Positions 38,601 through 52,769 of a stretch of DNA of 64,000 nt are shown in pieces (within the stretch, counting starts at the first letter, position 1; each line of letters starts with the position of its first letter). Location: NCBI RefSeq assembly GCF_009914755.1, contig NC_060933.1; one strand, given 5' to 3'. Below the pieces are notes generated by a model. The model made no database searches and was not told where the DNA came from. It saw nothing but the letters and a program-made list of their open reading frames with translations. The stretch is from the human T2T-CHM13v2.0 reference genome, Homo sapiens. The position numbers and the translations under genes are program-made.

Positions 38601-40221
38601 CTTGTCCCCATCTCTGGGCTGTGAGCTGCTTGGTGAGCCACAGTGAAAACTTGGAGGGGAGGCTGGGTGGGTAAAGAAAGAAGTCAGGATAACCCTGATC
38701 TCTGGCCTGTGTGGCAGGAGATGTTGGTGTCCACACTGACATGGGGACCTGGGTGGAAGGGCAGATTCTGGGGGGGGAGGGGAAACGATGTTCTGGGCTT
38801 GCTGTGTCTGAAGGGCCTGCAGGGCCATCCAGTGGCTATCTCTAGAGAAGTTGGTGACGGTCACCTTTGAGAGAGGCCTGGATTCCAGAAGGGAGGGAGG
38901 GGAGCTGCTGGGGCCTTCCCAGCGTGTGTCAGAACCACTCCCTTTCCCAGGCTTGCAGAAGCCCTCACTCAACTGCCCAACCAGGGTCCTGTCACCTCCC
39001 CCAGGAAGCCAGCCTGGCCCTGACAAAGCAGTGCTCTGTTCTCCCCCTTGACCATTACTCGCCTCTGGTCTGAGGACATCTCTCGGGCTCTGCCTTAGAA
39101 CTCTTCAAGGTGGGAGCCACATCCCTCCATGTCTTGTAGACTCCGCATCGCCCAGCACAGGGACAGACACAGAGAAGAAGCTGCATGGACAAGGAGCCCT
39201 GCCCCTTCCCCTGGACACAGCCCCAGCCAGTGGGATTCTGGGGAAAAGAAAACACAAGCCTGAGGAGCTTTGGGTCAGATTGTCTCGGGAGAGTGGGGGA
39301 AGAGGCGGGTGGAGTGGGGGTGGATTTCTGTCCAATCTGGAAGCCTGTGCTGGATGGCCGGATCGCCAGCACCCCAGGCTCGAAGCGTTCCAGCCGGTGA
39401 CCTACATTCCCAGGGCGCCTCTGTGTGTGCGCACACGGGCAGGCGTGCGTGAGTGCAGGAGCTCCACGGTGTGTCTGCCAGTGGGCCTCTGTCTCGGCAG
39501 GCTGTCTCCTCAGGAGCCCGTGAGTGAGCACGTGAGGGCGTGGGGGGCCCACACTCCCGCTCTGGGGTTCCACAGACTGCACCAGAAAGAGTTGGTCTGT
39601 GCCCTAGAAAAGCCACAGCCAGGGACTGCAGGGACTGACATGGCTGGGGGTGGCTGTCCCACCCGCAGCCCTGCCCAAGACCCTCTCTCTCTCCTCCCAT
39701 GCTCTCTCTGTGACAAATGGCCTCACACTGCTCTTTGCTAATGGTGGGGTGTTAGGCATGGAAAATGGAGGGCACAGCTCTTAGGTGGCGGTGGAGGGCG
39801 GGGACCTCAAACAACAGCCCGAGGCAGCCAGATGGCAACCAGAGGTCAGTAGGGTGGGTGGCTCAGCAGAGGGAGCAGGCACCAGGCTCTAGGCCCTGCA
39901 GCCTGAGGTCAGGGCGTCACTCAGGGGTCCTTGGGGGCTGTCCCGGGTCAGGATCCTCCTGCCTCCAGGCGGGGGTAGAGGTGGAGATCTCTCCCTCCTG
40001 GGAAGGCCTGTGCTTGACTGAGAAGCTAAGCTGACTCTATGGCCCTGAAGCCAGGGCACCAGGGAATCTGGGGGGTGGGTGCCCTGCTCAGAGACCCTTT
40101 AGTCTCTCCTTTGCCAGTTCTGTGGTGGGTGGGGTAGGGGTGGCTGTCCCCCAAACCCTTCTGAGCCTCTTCTTTCAGACTTGGTCCCTGACAGCAGGGA
40201 GGGGATGGGTAGTCCTTTCAG

Positions 40222-40350
40222 AGACTCTCTCTGGGTCTATCTCTGTCTCTTTCTGTCTCTCTATCTCTGTTCCTATCTCTCTCAGTCCTTCTGTCTCAGT
40301 CATCTCTATATATCTCTCTGTATCTCTGCCTCTCTCTCTCTCTTTCTCCC
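40222..40350. repeat. CT-rich low-complexity tract
   Basis: Degenerate (CT)n/(CTCTGT)n. Confidence 0.85.
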
Positions 40351-40451
40351 TCCTGCTGGGCTCCCCCTGCTCCCCTCTTCCCTCCTCTCCCCCTAGTGAC
40401 TCCTGCAAAGCTCCCCTTCCCCAGCAGAATGGGGAACACAGACTTGGCTGA

Positions 40452-41129
<678 letters not shown>

Positions 41130-42403
41130 TAACTTCTCTGAATCTCAGTTTTCCCACCTGTGAGATGGGATGGTTACCCTGGTACTCCTGTCACAGGTTA
41201 TTGAGAGGAGTAACACTGTTCATGCTTATTTAAAAAATTCTGAGAACTGATCTAGCAGAGAATGAGGCCTCAGTTGATCTTGGCTGTAGTTATAATCATT
41301 TGTGTTTGCCATTGCTTGAATCTCTCTCCTACCCCCCCACCCTGAGGACCCCACAGTCTCCTCTCCTGGGTTTCCTCTCGCCTGTCTCTTCATCCCCTCT
41401 CGGTCTTTCCTGTAGGCTCCCAGCTAAGCCACCAGGTGACCAGGCCAGGCCCTCTGCAGTCCCCACCATCCCTCCTCACATCTGTGTGTCCTCACACCCC
41501 TGCCCACTGCAGGACCAAGTCCACCTCTGCCACCCACACCTTTGCCAGCCCCTACCTGGACCTTCTGCCTTGCCGGTACCACCCAGACCAGGGGACCTCC
41601 CTAACATAGGCTCAATACCCTCCTCCTCTGTGCACCTGACCGGTTCTGCTCAGGGCTCTGGGGGCAGCCCTGTCACACCTTATGGCCTTGTCCATCGATC
41701 TGTCAGTCCACATGCCTGTCTCTGCCACACACCTTGGAGCTTCATCTCTGTGGCCCTGGCACTTTCTGCTGCATATTTGTTGAATGAATAATGAATGAAC
41801 GAATGACTTGATGCAAATCAAAGTACTTTGCAAGCTATAAAGCGCTCCTCCAATCAATGCCACACACAGTGGGGTATTAAGGAGCACTCAAAGCCTCCTG
41901 CAGGACTTGGCCTCACCTTGCCCACTGCACCTGGGTCGGGGGAAGGAAACCTCAATCTTCCAGAAAGTTCTAATCCTTCATCTGCCTCAGGATCATTCTG
42001 GGTAGGAACGATGCCCAGCCTCGCCCTAGAGATTTGGATTCAGTTTAGTCTAAAGGAGGCCTGGGCAATGGAATGTATAAACCCCTCCTCCTTTTTTCCC
42101 TCCTCCCCTGCCCCACCAGGTGACTCTAAGGGGCAGCTGCTGGAATTGGAGGAGGATTGTTGGAGCCCTGGTCTTTGCTCCCTGCCCAGGTTCACTTCTT
42201 TTAATTTGTGCCTTCTCTGTGCTAGCTCCATGCTGGGTGCTAGAGGGGAAGCACGCACCCAGGGAAGCATGAGGCTGGGTCTCTGCTTTAGGGAAGAGCT
42301 TAGAACAGGCACTCAAGGCTACAGTGACATCCCAGGGTGGAGAGACCTCTAGGGGTAGGTGGGAAGGAGAAGATGCTGACCTTAAAGATAACCAGAGACC
42401 TAA

Positions 42404-42931
<528 letters not shown>

Positions 42932-45111
42932 GCCCATCTAGGAACTTTGAGTGATTCAGTGAGGCTGTACCCCAAAATCCAGGTGCGCAGGCCTGGAGAG
43001 GTCAGCTGGGCTGGGGTAGCGGCCTCAAATGCCAGGATCAGGAGATTGGGCTTTACCTTGCACTGGGAGGAGCCATGAATAGTTTCAGGCAGGGGAGGAA
43101 CAGGGTTGTGCTGGGTCTTCCTGGAATTGCTAAGACCCAAACCACCCCTGAGGCAGCTCAGGTGAGGCTGGGTGGCTGCCCACCTCTGGGAGCTCACAAT
43201 CCCAGCAGGAGAAGCCTAGCCCAAGGAGGGAGGCCAAGAAGACCCAGAGCCAAGGGGGTAGTGGGGTTCCTGGACTGGCTACCTTCGCCAGACCTGCTCA
43301 GCCTCCAGTTCCCTGTTTAGTGGCATTAAAGGTTTCCGTCCCCCAATGTCCTTGGCAGCCCAGTGCATGCTCAACTTGTGGGGGAGCAGGAGGAGGGCAG
43401 CTCTGACTATCTTCCTTGCACCTTGCACCTTCAGGAGGGGAGCTAGTCAGACTCTTAGGGAACAAGAGAAAGAGAAGGGAAGGTGCATGAGCATTTTGTG
43501 CCAGAGCTCATAGAACTCTGGCTGGAAAACGTAGCCCCATTTTACAGGGGAGGAAACTGAGGCACACAGAGATTTGTGATTTGTCCCTGGTTGTACTACC
43601 AGGAAGTGACAGAGTCAGGATTTGAACTCTGGTCCTGCTGGCTTCAAAGCCTGCGTGCTTCCCACTGTGTGCATCCCTGCTCTGAGTCTGCACTGAGCAG
43701 CCCACGTGCCTAGTCCTGCTCCAGGGAGAGGCAGGAGAGGCTGTGTGAGAGCTGCAAGGAGGCTGGGGTCTCTGCTCACCTCAGCAGTCCCAGTAAAGTA
43801 GGCAGGAACCATGGGAGAGATTCGAGCAGAGGAGGGACAGGTCCAAAGCTGCAGCCAGAAATCGCCTGTGCTCCAGCCCCTGTCCCCAGCCCCTCAATGC
43901 CAACTCCCCATCCTTCAGCTGACCCCGGGCTCATTAAGTGCTAGGAAACGCCACCAGCAGCGGGTGCAGGGCTGAGGGCCAAGCTGCCGGCTGGAACAAA
44001 AGAGCTTGTGTTTGGGGATAGGACCTCCCCCTCCTTCACCACGGTTGGGGGCCGTGGGGGGAAGTGAGGACAGTCATCTGGGGCCAAGAGGGGCTGCAGG
44101 GCTGGGGAAGGGGCTTGTCAGAGCCCGGATTCAGATAGAAAGGGCTGAAAGGGGGTTGGAAGCTAGTCTGCCTGAGCGTCTCAGCACAAACGGGCCATTT
44201 TCAGCGGGCCCAGAAATCAAAACATCCCGGCTGGGGGAGAGCAAGCTTTGAACTTTTCCTGACTCGTGGTCCTGGGGGTGAAGAGGTCAGGGACTGCCTT
44301 GAGGTGGGGGCCAGGCCAGGGTGGGATGAGCAGCCGGCAGCCCAAAGCCCCCTTCCTTCTGTCCCCATGCTGAGTCTCAGAGGGAACCAGGGCTGCTCAG
44401 AGCATTCAGAGGAGGGTGCGGGCTGTGGGGGGTGAGAAGGAAGGGAAGCCCCATTTTCACTGTCTCCTCACTCCCAACTGTGGGCAGCCAGGTGTGCTTC
44501 TACATTGCAGGTCTGGCCCCACATCCCCTGCTGCAGACCTCCACTGGCGCCCCCGTGACTCTCAGGATCTGTTCCCAGCTCTGGAACAGGCTCTCCGGAC
44601 CCCTGGCCACTGGCACCCTGGGCAGCTTACCTCGTCCCACTCCTGATAGCCCCCCAATGACCACTTTATGCTTCAGCCAAATCTAGCTGTTGACAGCTCC
44701 TCAAACGCTTGGGCTGGCTAAGCCTCTACAGTTTCCATGACTCTCTTCTGAGCCGGAAACACCTGCCTCCTCCCTACGTGCATTCATTCCCACCCCCGAA
44801 ACGGGACAAACTCCTACTCACATGCTAGTGCCCTTTTGCTCACCACTGCCTCCAGAAGCCTTCCCAGCCCCTGTGAATGAGTTCTTAGTGCAATGGTGGC
44901 CACAGTCACTGCAGGATGCAGCTGTCTCCAGGTGAAGGCTCTGCCCTGCGGGCAGCCCTCATGTGTGTCTCATTCCCCTGTAGCCTTAGGCTTGGGACAG
45001 AAAGCTTGAGACCAGTAACCAGCGAGCATTTGTTGAAAGAAGGAGAAGGGGAAGGAGAAGGAGCCACGAAAACAGAACAAAACAAAACATAATTTTAGAA
45101 AACGGAGAAGC

Positions 45112-45534
<423 letters not shown>

Positions 45535-45782
45535 CTATTTCTCTGTGGTGAGACCCCTGGACAGCTCAGTGCCCCAGAGGCAGGGTCCTGGGCACAGGCT
45601 GGCTTTGCTGGCAGGCCCCTCTACAGTTTAGCCAACAAGGCGGGGCAGCTGTTGGGGGGGATGGGTGGGGGGTCCCAGGTGGGCATTTAGCTGCCCGCAT
45701 AGCACTTCGGCATCACCTGCCATCCGTGGATCCCAGATTCCTGTCTCTAAGAGCCCCAAGAGCCTATAGGCTCTGTCTAGGC

Positions 45783-46476
45783 CAGTGGTTTTCCCGTTGT
45801 GTCCAAGGAGAAGCTCAGAAGTTGGCGTGTAGGAGACACTTCCTTCCTTGAACCCAGCTTGGACTAGAGCAGCTCACCAGATCCAATAGAATACAAACAT
45901 TGACGTCAGGCGTGGTGGCTCATGCCTGTAATCCCAGCACTTTGGGAGGCTGAGGTGGGAGGATCACAAGGTCAAGAGTTTGAGACCAGCCTGGCCAACA
46001 TGGTGAAACCCTGTCTCTACTAAAAATACAAAAAATAGCCAGGCGTGGTGGTGCACGCCTGTAATCCCAGCTACTCGGGAGGCTGAGACAGGAGAATCAC
46101 TTGAACCTGGTCCTGTGGAGGTTGCAGTGAGTTGAGATCGTGCCATTGCACTCCAGCCTGGGCGACGGAGTGAGACTCTGTTCAAAATAAATAAATAAAT
46201 AAAAACTTTTTTGAGATAGATTACAGGTGTGAGCCACCACGCCCATCCTCAAAATAATAATCATAATAATAATACAAATGTTGGGCTTGCCTGAAAATTT
46301 TCATTTAAATGACGGTTCTGGATCACTTGAGCCCAGGAATTTGAGGCTGCAGTGAATTATAATGTGATCACGCCACTGCACTCTAGACAGGGCAACAGAG
46401 CAAGACCCTGTCTCTACAAAAAAAAAAAAGTAAATAAAATGGGAGTTCCATGGCTCAAGTAGTTTAAAGAACACTG
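45783..46476. mobile_element. hAT-Charlie-like element interrupted by Alus (45906-46205, 46320-46432)
   Basis: Termini CAGTGGTTTTC ... GAACACTG with TCTAG-like target flanks; Alu consensus inside. Confidence 0.55.
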
Positions 46477-46892
46477 GTCTAACCTCTTCCCCTTGTAAAG
46501 ACTAGAAGACAAGGCCTAGGGACAAACAGGTTTCATCCCAAGTGCCCAGGGAGGACAGGGTGACAGAGCTACCTCTAGCTCCTGGCCCCTCCTGCTGGAC
46601 CACACAGCCCTCTGTTGAAAGTATAAACATATGACGGAATGATCAGGAATCTGAAAGTAGGTTTTGTTGGGTAACAGGGAATAGCAACAAAGGACACTTA
46701 GTTTCTGGGGCAAAGGGTGGGAAGTAGAGAAGAGGACCAAAGTGGGAAGCGGGGCGCAGAGTGGCTGGAGGGGGATTTGTGGGAGGACAATCACCGTGCA
46801 CTTAGTTAATTAATGATAGCTAGGCTGCTGCCAAAGCCATTCAAAACCATGCCGTAAATTTCCCAGCTTTGGACAAGGCAGCACTAGGTTTA

Positions 46893-47075
46893 TTTTTATT
46901 TATTTTTACTTACTTTTAGAGGTGGGGTCTTTCTGCATTTCCCCAGCTGGAGTGCAGTAGCTATTCACAGGCACGATCCTAGCCAACTACAGCCTTCAAC
47001 TCCAGGCCTCAAGCTGTCCTCCTGCCTCAGTCTGCTGAGTAGCTTGGACTACAGGCGCGTGCCACTGTGCCCAGC
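46893..47075 (-). mobile_element. FAM (fossil Alu monomer) with 13-bp TSD
   Basis: Retains 7SL-like GCTATTCACAGGCACGATC, which dimeric Alus lack; TSD AGCACTAGGTTTA at 46880-46892 and 47076-47088. Confidence 0.85.
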
Positions 47076-47089
47076 AGCACTAGGTTTAG

Positions 47090-47500
47090 AATCAGAATCT
47101 CAGGGTTCAAGTCCCAACTCCTCCATTTATCTACTCACTGCATTGAACTTGGCCAAATCAATGACCTCTTGAGACTCAGTTTCTTCCTCAATAAAATGCG
47201 GCCAACAACACCTCTGTCCCAGAATGGCGAGGGGTCAATGAGAGCACAGAGTCGAGGCTGAACAATTCCTGGTGGGTTCAGGATTCTTCTTTGCATAGGA
47301 ACTTGGGGAAGGTTCAAATCCCAGCTCTGTCCCTTAGTAGATAGATATGTGATTTGAGGCAAGTTTCTTAACCTCTCTGCCTCAGTTTTCTCATCTGCAA
47401 AATGAGGATAATAGTAGCATCCACCTCCCTCACAGGATGTAATGAGTTGATACGGATTAAAGCACTTAGAACAGGGCTGCACGAGGGTTTGTTATCATTA
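47090..47500 (+). mobile_element. Two MIR fragments
   Basis: GGTTCAAATCCCAGCTCTG...CTCTGCCTCAGTTTTCTCATCTGCAAAATGAGGATAATAGTA. Confidence 0.82.
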
Positions 47501-47581
47501 TTTGGACTCTATTAATAACTGCAAAGATTAGGTCTTGCCAAGGAGAGATGGTAGAAATGGAATAAAAGAGTGCACAAGATT

Positions 47582-47867
47582 GGCTGGGCGCGGTGGCTCA
47601 CGCCTATAATCCCAGCACTTTGGGAGGCCAAGGCAGACAGATCGCTTTGAGCTCAGGAGTTCGAGACCAGCCAGGGCAGCAAGATCCCTGTCTCTACAAA
47701 AAAATACAAAAATTAGCCAGGCATGTGGTGCATACCTGATGTCCCAGCTACTCAGGAAGCTGAGGCTGGAGGATCACATGAGACCAGGAAGCAGAGGTTG
47801 CAGTGAGCTGAGATCGTGCCACTGGACTCCAGCCTGGGTGAGGGTTAGGGATTTAAAAAAAAAAAAT
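47582..47867 (+). mobile_element. Alu
   Basis: Alu consensus with small deletions. Confidence 0.92.
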
Positions 47868-48579
47868 AGAATGGGTTAATGAATGAATGTAAGAAAAATT
47901 AGGGTTCTACCAGGAACCCTAATTACGGATCTAACTTGACCCGATCCTAACCCATCAGTGGCTTCCAGTCATTCCTCTGGGCTGGGAGCCCACCCTGGCT
48001 CCCTGTCGCTGGGCCTCTCCCTGCATTTTTCTGCACACACGTAGAGGTAGGCTACCATTTCGCCCCTAGATGACTTTGGGTGATAAAGAAGTAACTTCAG
48101 CCTCCTTGAATTGAATCTTCTATCCAGAACATGTAACAAACCTGGAAATTGGAATTGCCCTGAAGCTGATTATTCTGGGAGGGCACCTCCTGGCATTAAA
48201 ACTAAATTAGATCAAGGTACCTCTGTTATTAGCAAAATAATTCCCTATGATTACCGAACATAGCCATGAATCCTGATGGCAGATGAACTTCAGGTGACTT
48301 ACTTGAGACAAATAACTGTGCGAAAATCACAGGCTCATCGAATCACTTCTCTATAGCGTTGCAGTTGGGTAATTATGCTAATAGTTATAAGAAATCATCC
48401 TTTGTGGTCTAGGATTGGGAGGGCTTGAGACGGAAACGTAAGTGGCAGATATTACCTGCTTCCAGTTGGAGAGACTGGGTCCAAAATGGGCCCCTTGCAG
48501 GGAGCTGCAAGGGAGCTGGTTTGTCCCCTGTCTACAGGGGAGAAACCTGTTATGCAGCCTGAATTGCAGTGGCCTGGCA

Positions 48580-48839
<260 letters not shown>

Positions 48840-49176
48840 TCATTAAGCATCCCTTTTCAGATCATCTTAATACAGGAAATTGAATTTGTCCAAGTTCCAC
48901 TGTTGGGCATGGTAATTCCAAGAAGCAAGTTAAACTGTAAAAGCTCAGGACCTCTGAGTCAATTTGATTCAGCAAACATGACTCTGTGCCCACTGGGTGC
49001 CAGGCAGTGATCTAGGCACAGGCAGCGGGGGTGTCAGCATTCAAGGGTGTGTCTGATGCTTTCTTAACAGTCTCTTGTCCCCTCAGTAACCTGACGAAAA
49101 AGACAATATTGTGCCCATTTTAGAGACAAGGAAATGAAGGCTCGGAGAAGCGAACTGGTGCTACTGCTGATAATCA

Positions 49177-49640
<464 letters not shown>

Positions 49641-49845
49641 ATAGGGTTGAGAGGGTAGCCGAAGGTCAAGAAACAGAGGGCCTCAAATGACCAATTGAGG
49701 GTTTGGACAATGGGGAGCCACCAGAGGTGGTTGAGTAAAGGAGGAGTAAGATGGAACCTGAGAATGCCTGGGTGAGAGTGTGGGAGACCCACTGGTAGAT
49801 AAGGCTGCTTACAGGGAGGGGGCCAAAAGGGGATAAAAAATGGGT

Positions 49846-49964
49846 AGTTTTTTCAGTATAAGTGTGTCCCAAATATTGCATAGGATATACTTACACTAAA
49901 AAAAATTCATTGTTTATATACAATTTACATTTACCTGGCATCTTGTATTTCATCTGGCAATCCT
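49846..49964. mobile_element. MER53 palindromic DNA transposon (partial)
   Basis: AGTATAAGTGTGTCCCAAATATTGCATAGGATATACTTACACT core and ATCTGGCAATCC terminus. Confidence 0.8.
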
Positions 49965-50424
49965 ACCCCCATCTCCTCACATCAGTGCCTAGCTGGGTTC
50001 TCTGCCCATGATGACTTTCCCTTGTGGGCACACAGCCTGGTAAACTCCTATCCATGCGTTGAAGCCCTGAACTCCTTACCACTGCTGTGGCAATAATTAT
50101 CATGCACTACGGTGATTACTTTCTTAGGTAATTGTTTTACTATCTACCCATCCCCTTAGCGGCAAACCTTACTTCTGGCTGCATAGGGAAAAAAAGGTCA
50201 AGACCGTGAGTCCTTCCATTTCCTGACCTCCTCCCCACCCCAAGTTGCTTCCAACTTCTGCTTCTGTCTCAAGAAGAGCCGGCCTCTCCATCCCTCCTGT
50301 GACCTTGCCTGATCCCTTGAGATCAGGCACCTCTTGAGATCAGTACACCTCTCTCACTGGCAGCCCCAAAATCAGACATTCTGCTGGGTCATTCCCACCA
50401 GCTGGGCACCTAGCGAGTGCTTCC

Positions 50425-50990
50425 TGTCCTCCTCATCCCAACTGGGGTTCCCCAGGAGCAGGCTCTGAGAGGTATTCATGCATAGGAGATCCATCAAGGG
50501 CTGCTCTCTGGCTCAACACCTGTGGAAGGGAAGGGAAGGGAAGGGGGAAAGGGGAAGGGTGAAGGGGGAAGGGGGAAGGGTGAAGGGGGAAGGGAAGGGG
50601 GAAGGGGGAATGGGGAAGAGGGAAGGGAAGGGAAGGGAAGGGAAGGGAAGGGAAGGGAAGGGAAGGAAAGAGAAGGGAGCAGGACTGGGCAGGAGGAGGA
50701 ACTGAGCTTCCATGCAGTCAGTGCAAGCCTCAGCCCACCCTACACCTGGAGCTGGGATGCCCCTTCAGAGTCATCCTGAGCTGTGCCAAACTTTTATGAC
50801 CCTGGGTTGGTCAGTCACTGGATGTAGGACACCCCAGGAAGGAGGTGTCACCTCTGGGGAGGTGGCTGTCTTCAGCAGAGGCAACCCCCAAGAGCTAAGC
50901 ACTGAGGGACTACTTCTAGCAGCCTCCCCATACCTAGGGGAGTGAGACCTTTACTCCTGAAGAGGAGATCCGGGTTGCACATCACACCCC
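50425..50990. mobile_element. Old ERVL LTR (LTR16/LTR33-like) with internal (GGGAA)n expansion at 50525-50670
   Basis: GGGTTCCCCAGGAGCAG..CTGAGA..TCAACACCTGTG..GGAGCAGGACTGGGCAG..GAGCTGGGATGCCCCTTCAGAGT. Confidence 0.6.
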
Positions 50991-51744
50991 CTACCCCCCA
51001 CCAAACCCAAGGCATTCCCCTCCAGCAACCATCCAATCTCTTATCTTCCTTCTGACCTAACCCTTCCTGTCCTCCCTTCCCTGCCTCCTACTCACTCCCC
51101 AGATTTTTGTAAAACTCAAGAGTTGGCTCTGTCCCACCCCCGGCGTGATATGATCGGATCTGTGCTTTGAAAACCTGATAGGGAGAACTAGTAGACATGG
51201 ATCCACATGGAGAGGGGCCAGTAAGGTCGCTCAGTAGCCCCCTCAAGGTCTCTCAGTAGCTCCCTAAGGCCAAGTTGCTGAGCATGGCATGTAGGGTCCC
51301 TCATGGTGCAGCCCTGCCTCTTCTCCTGCCCCCTCTCATGGCTGCTCCCCTCACTTGAGGCTCCAATAATACTTGACTGTAATTCCCTGAGCACGCTGGC
51401 TGTTTCATGGTGCCATGTTTTTTTATGGGCTATTTCCTCTTTGCCTGGCTAACTTTTCTGTCTCGCTTCCTTAAAGACACACTCAGAGGTCATCTCCTTG
51501 GAAGCCTTTCCTGGAGCCATTCCTGCCCCGCTCCCAAGGCTGGTAGCAGAGCCGCATAGCTGCCCACCTGTGTCTCAGCCATTACCAGCAGTGCTCAGCA
51601 GCATATGGGAGTGTCCTGCTTGGGGACCACCTGATGACATTGTTACCTGTCTCTTCCCCCTGCATCTGTGTCTCCAGCACCCAGCCCAGAGCCTGGCACA
51701 AAAGGAGCCGAATGACATTGACTTAGGCACGTGGAGAATCCATG

Positions 51745-52011
51745 GACAGCCGCCTCCCCAGAGGTGACAGCTCCTTCCTACACTGGTGCTCTACATCCAG
51801 TGACTGACCAACCCAGGGTCATAAAAGCTTGGCATTGCTCAGGATGACTCTGAAGGGCCATCCCAGCTCCCGATGTAGGGTAGGCTGAGGCTTGCACTGA
51901 CTGCATGGAAGCTCAATTCCTCCTTCTGCCCAGTCCTGCTCCCTTCCCTTCCCTTCCCTTCCCTTCCCTTCCCTTCCCTTCCCTTCCCTTCCCTTCCCTT
52001 CCCTTCCCTTC
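51745..52011 (-). repeat. Inverted duplicate of ~50620-50870, including (TTCCC)n
   Basis: Reverse complement aligns by hand at about 92% over ~200 unique bp. Confidence 0.9.
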
Positions 52012-52459
52012 CTGGGGTATGAGAGAAACTGCGGAGGTGGAATCAAAGCATCTGAGAATGATTAGACTCAGACAGGGATGTGTCCCCTCAGAACAGGTCT
52101 TCCCTGGAAACAGCTGTTCTCCTGTTCAGTATCACCTGGTCCTTCCTCCATGCATAGTGTCTGACATCATCTCATTCTCTCTGGGTATTGAATTCTCAAT
52201 GCCTCAGAGGCAGAAGTGAGGTCTGTGCATTTCCACTACTTATGCTCCGTGACCGTCATGCCCCACACGCACACTAGATCGGAGCTGCTTTCTCCTTCTG
52301 GCCCCTCCTTCCCACTCCTCCCCTGTCATTCATACTATCCCTGCTCCAGGGTCTTGTGGGCCTGGGTCTTCATCCTATGATGCTTCAGTCACTGCAGTTT
52401 TGAGTTTCACTTCCATCATCAGGTAAGGACCCACCACCCCAGCCTATCTGTGAAAAGGG

Positions 52460-52665
52460 TGTTGTGGTTACAAAACCCAGGATCTGGAATCAAACAGATG
52501 GGGTTTGAGAACAGGCTCTGTCATCTACATGCTGTGTGATCTTGTGCAAGTTGCTTAAAATCTGAGCCTCAGTTTCCTCATCTGTCAAAAGGGAATAGAT
52601 ACTAGAACCTTTTCAGAGGCGGTCGTAAGAATTAAATGAGAGAGCATCTGGCAAAGTACTCAAAC
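52460..52665 (+). mobile_element. MIR
   Basis: CTGAGCCTCAGTTTCCTCATCTGTCAAAAGGGAATA. Confidence 0.82.
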
Positions 52666-52769
52666 TTGCATTCATAGCAACGGGCAGAAATGTAGACATT
52701 TCTGGCAACAAACAGTATCCAACAACAATAAACAGAGCCTATTGATGGAGGTGGGAAAGCAGACGTGCC

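Noticed and set aside
39340-39530. CpG-containing patch with ATG 39354 and GTGAGT donors as another first exon
   Set aside because: The good donor at 39448/39449 is phase 2 from that ATG and the phase-1 donor (CCG|GTGACC) is weak; it may be an enhancer but is unsupported.
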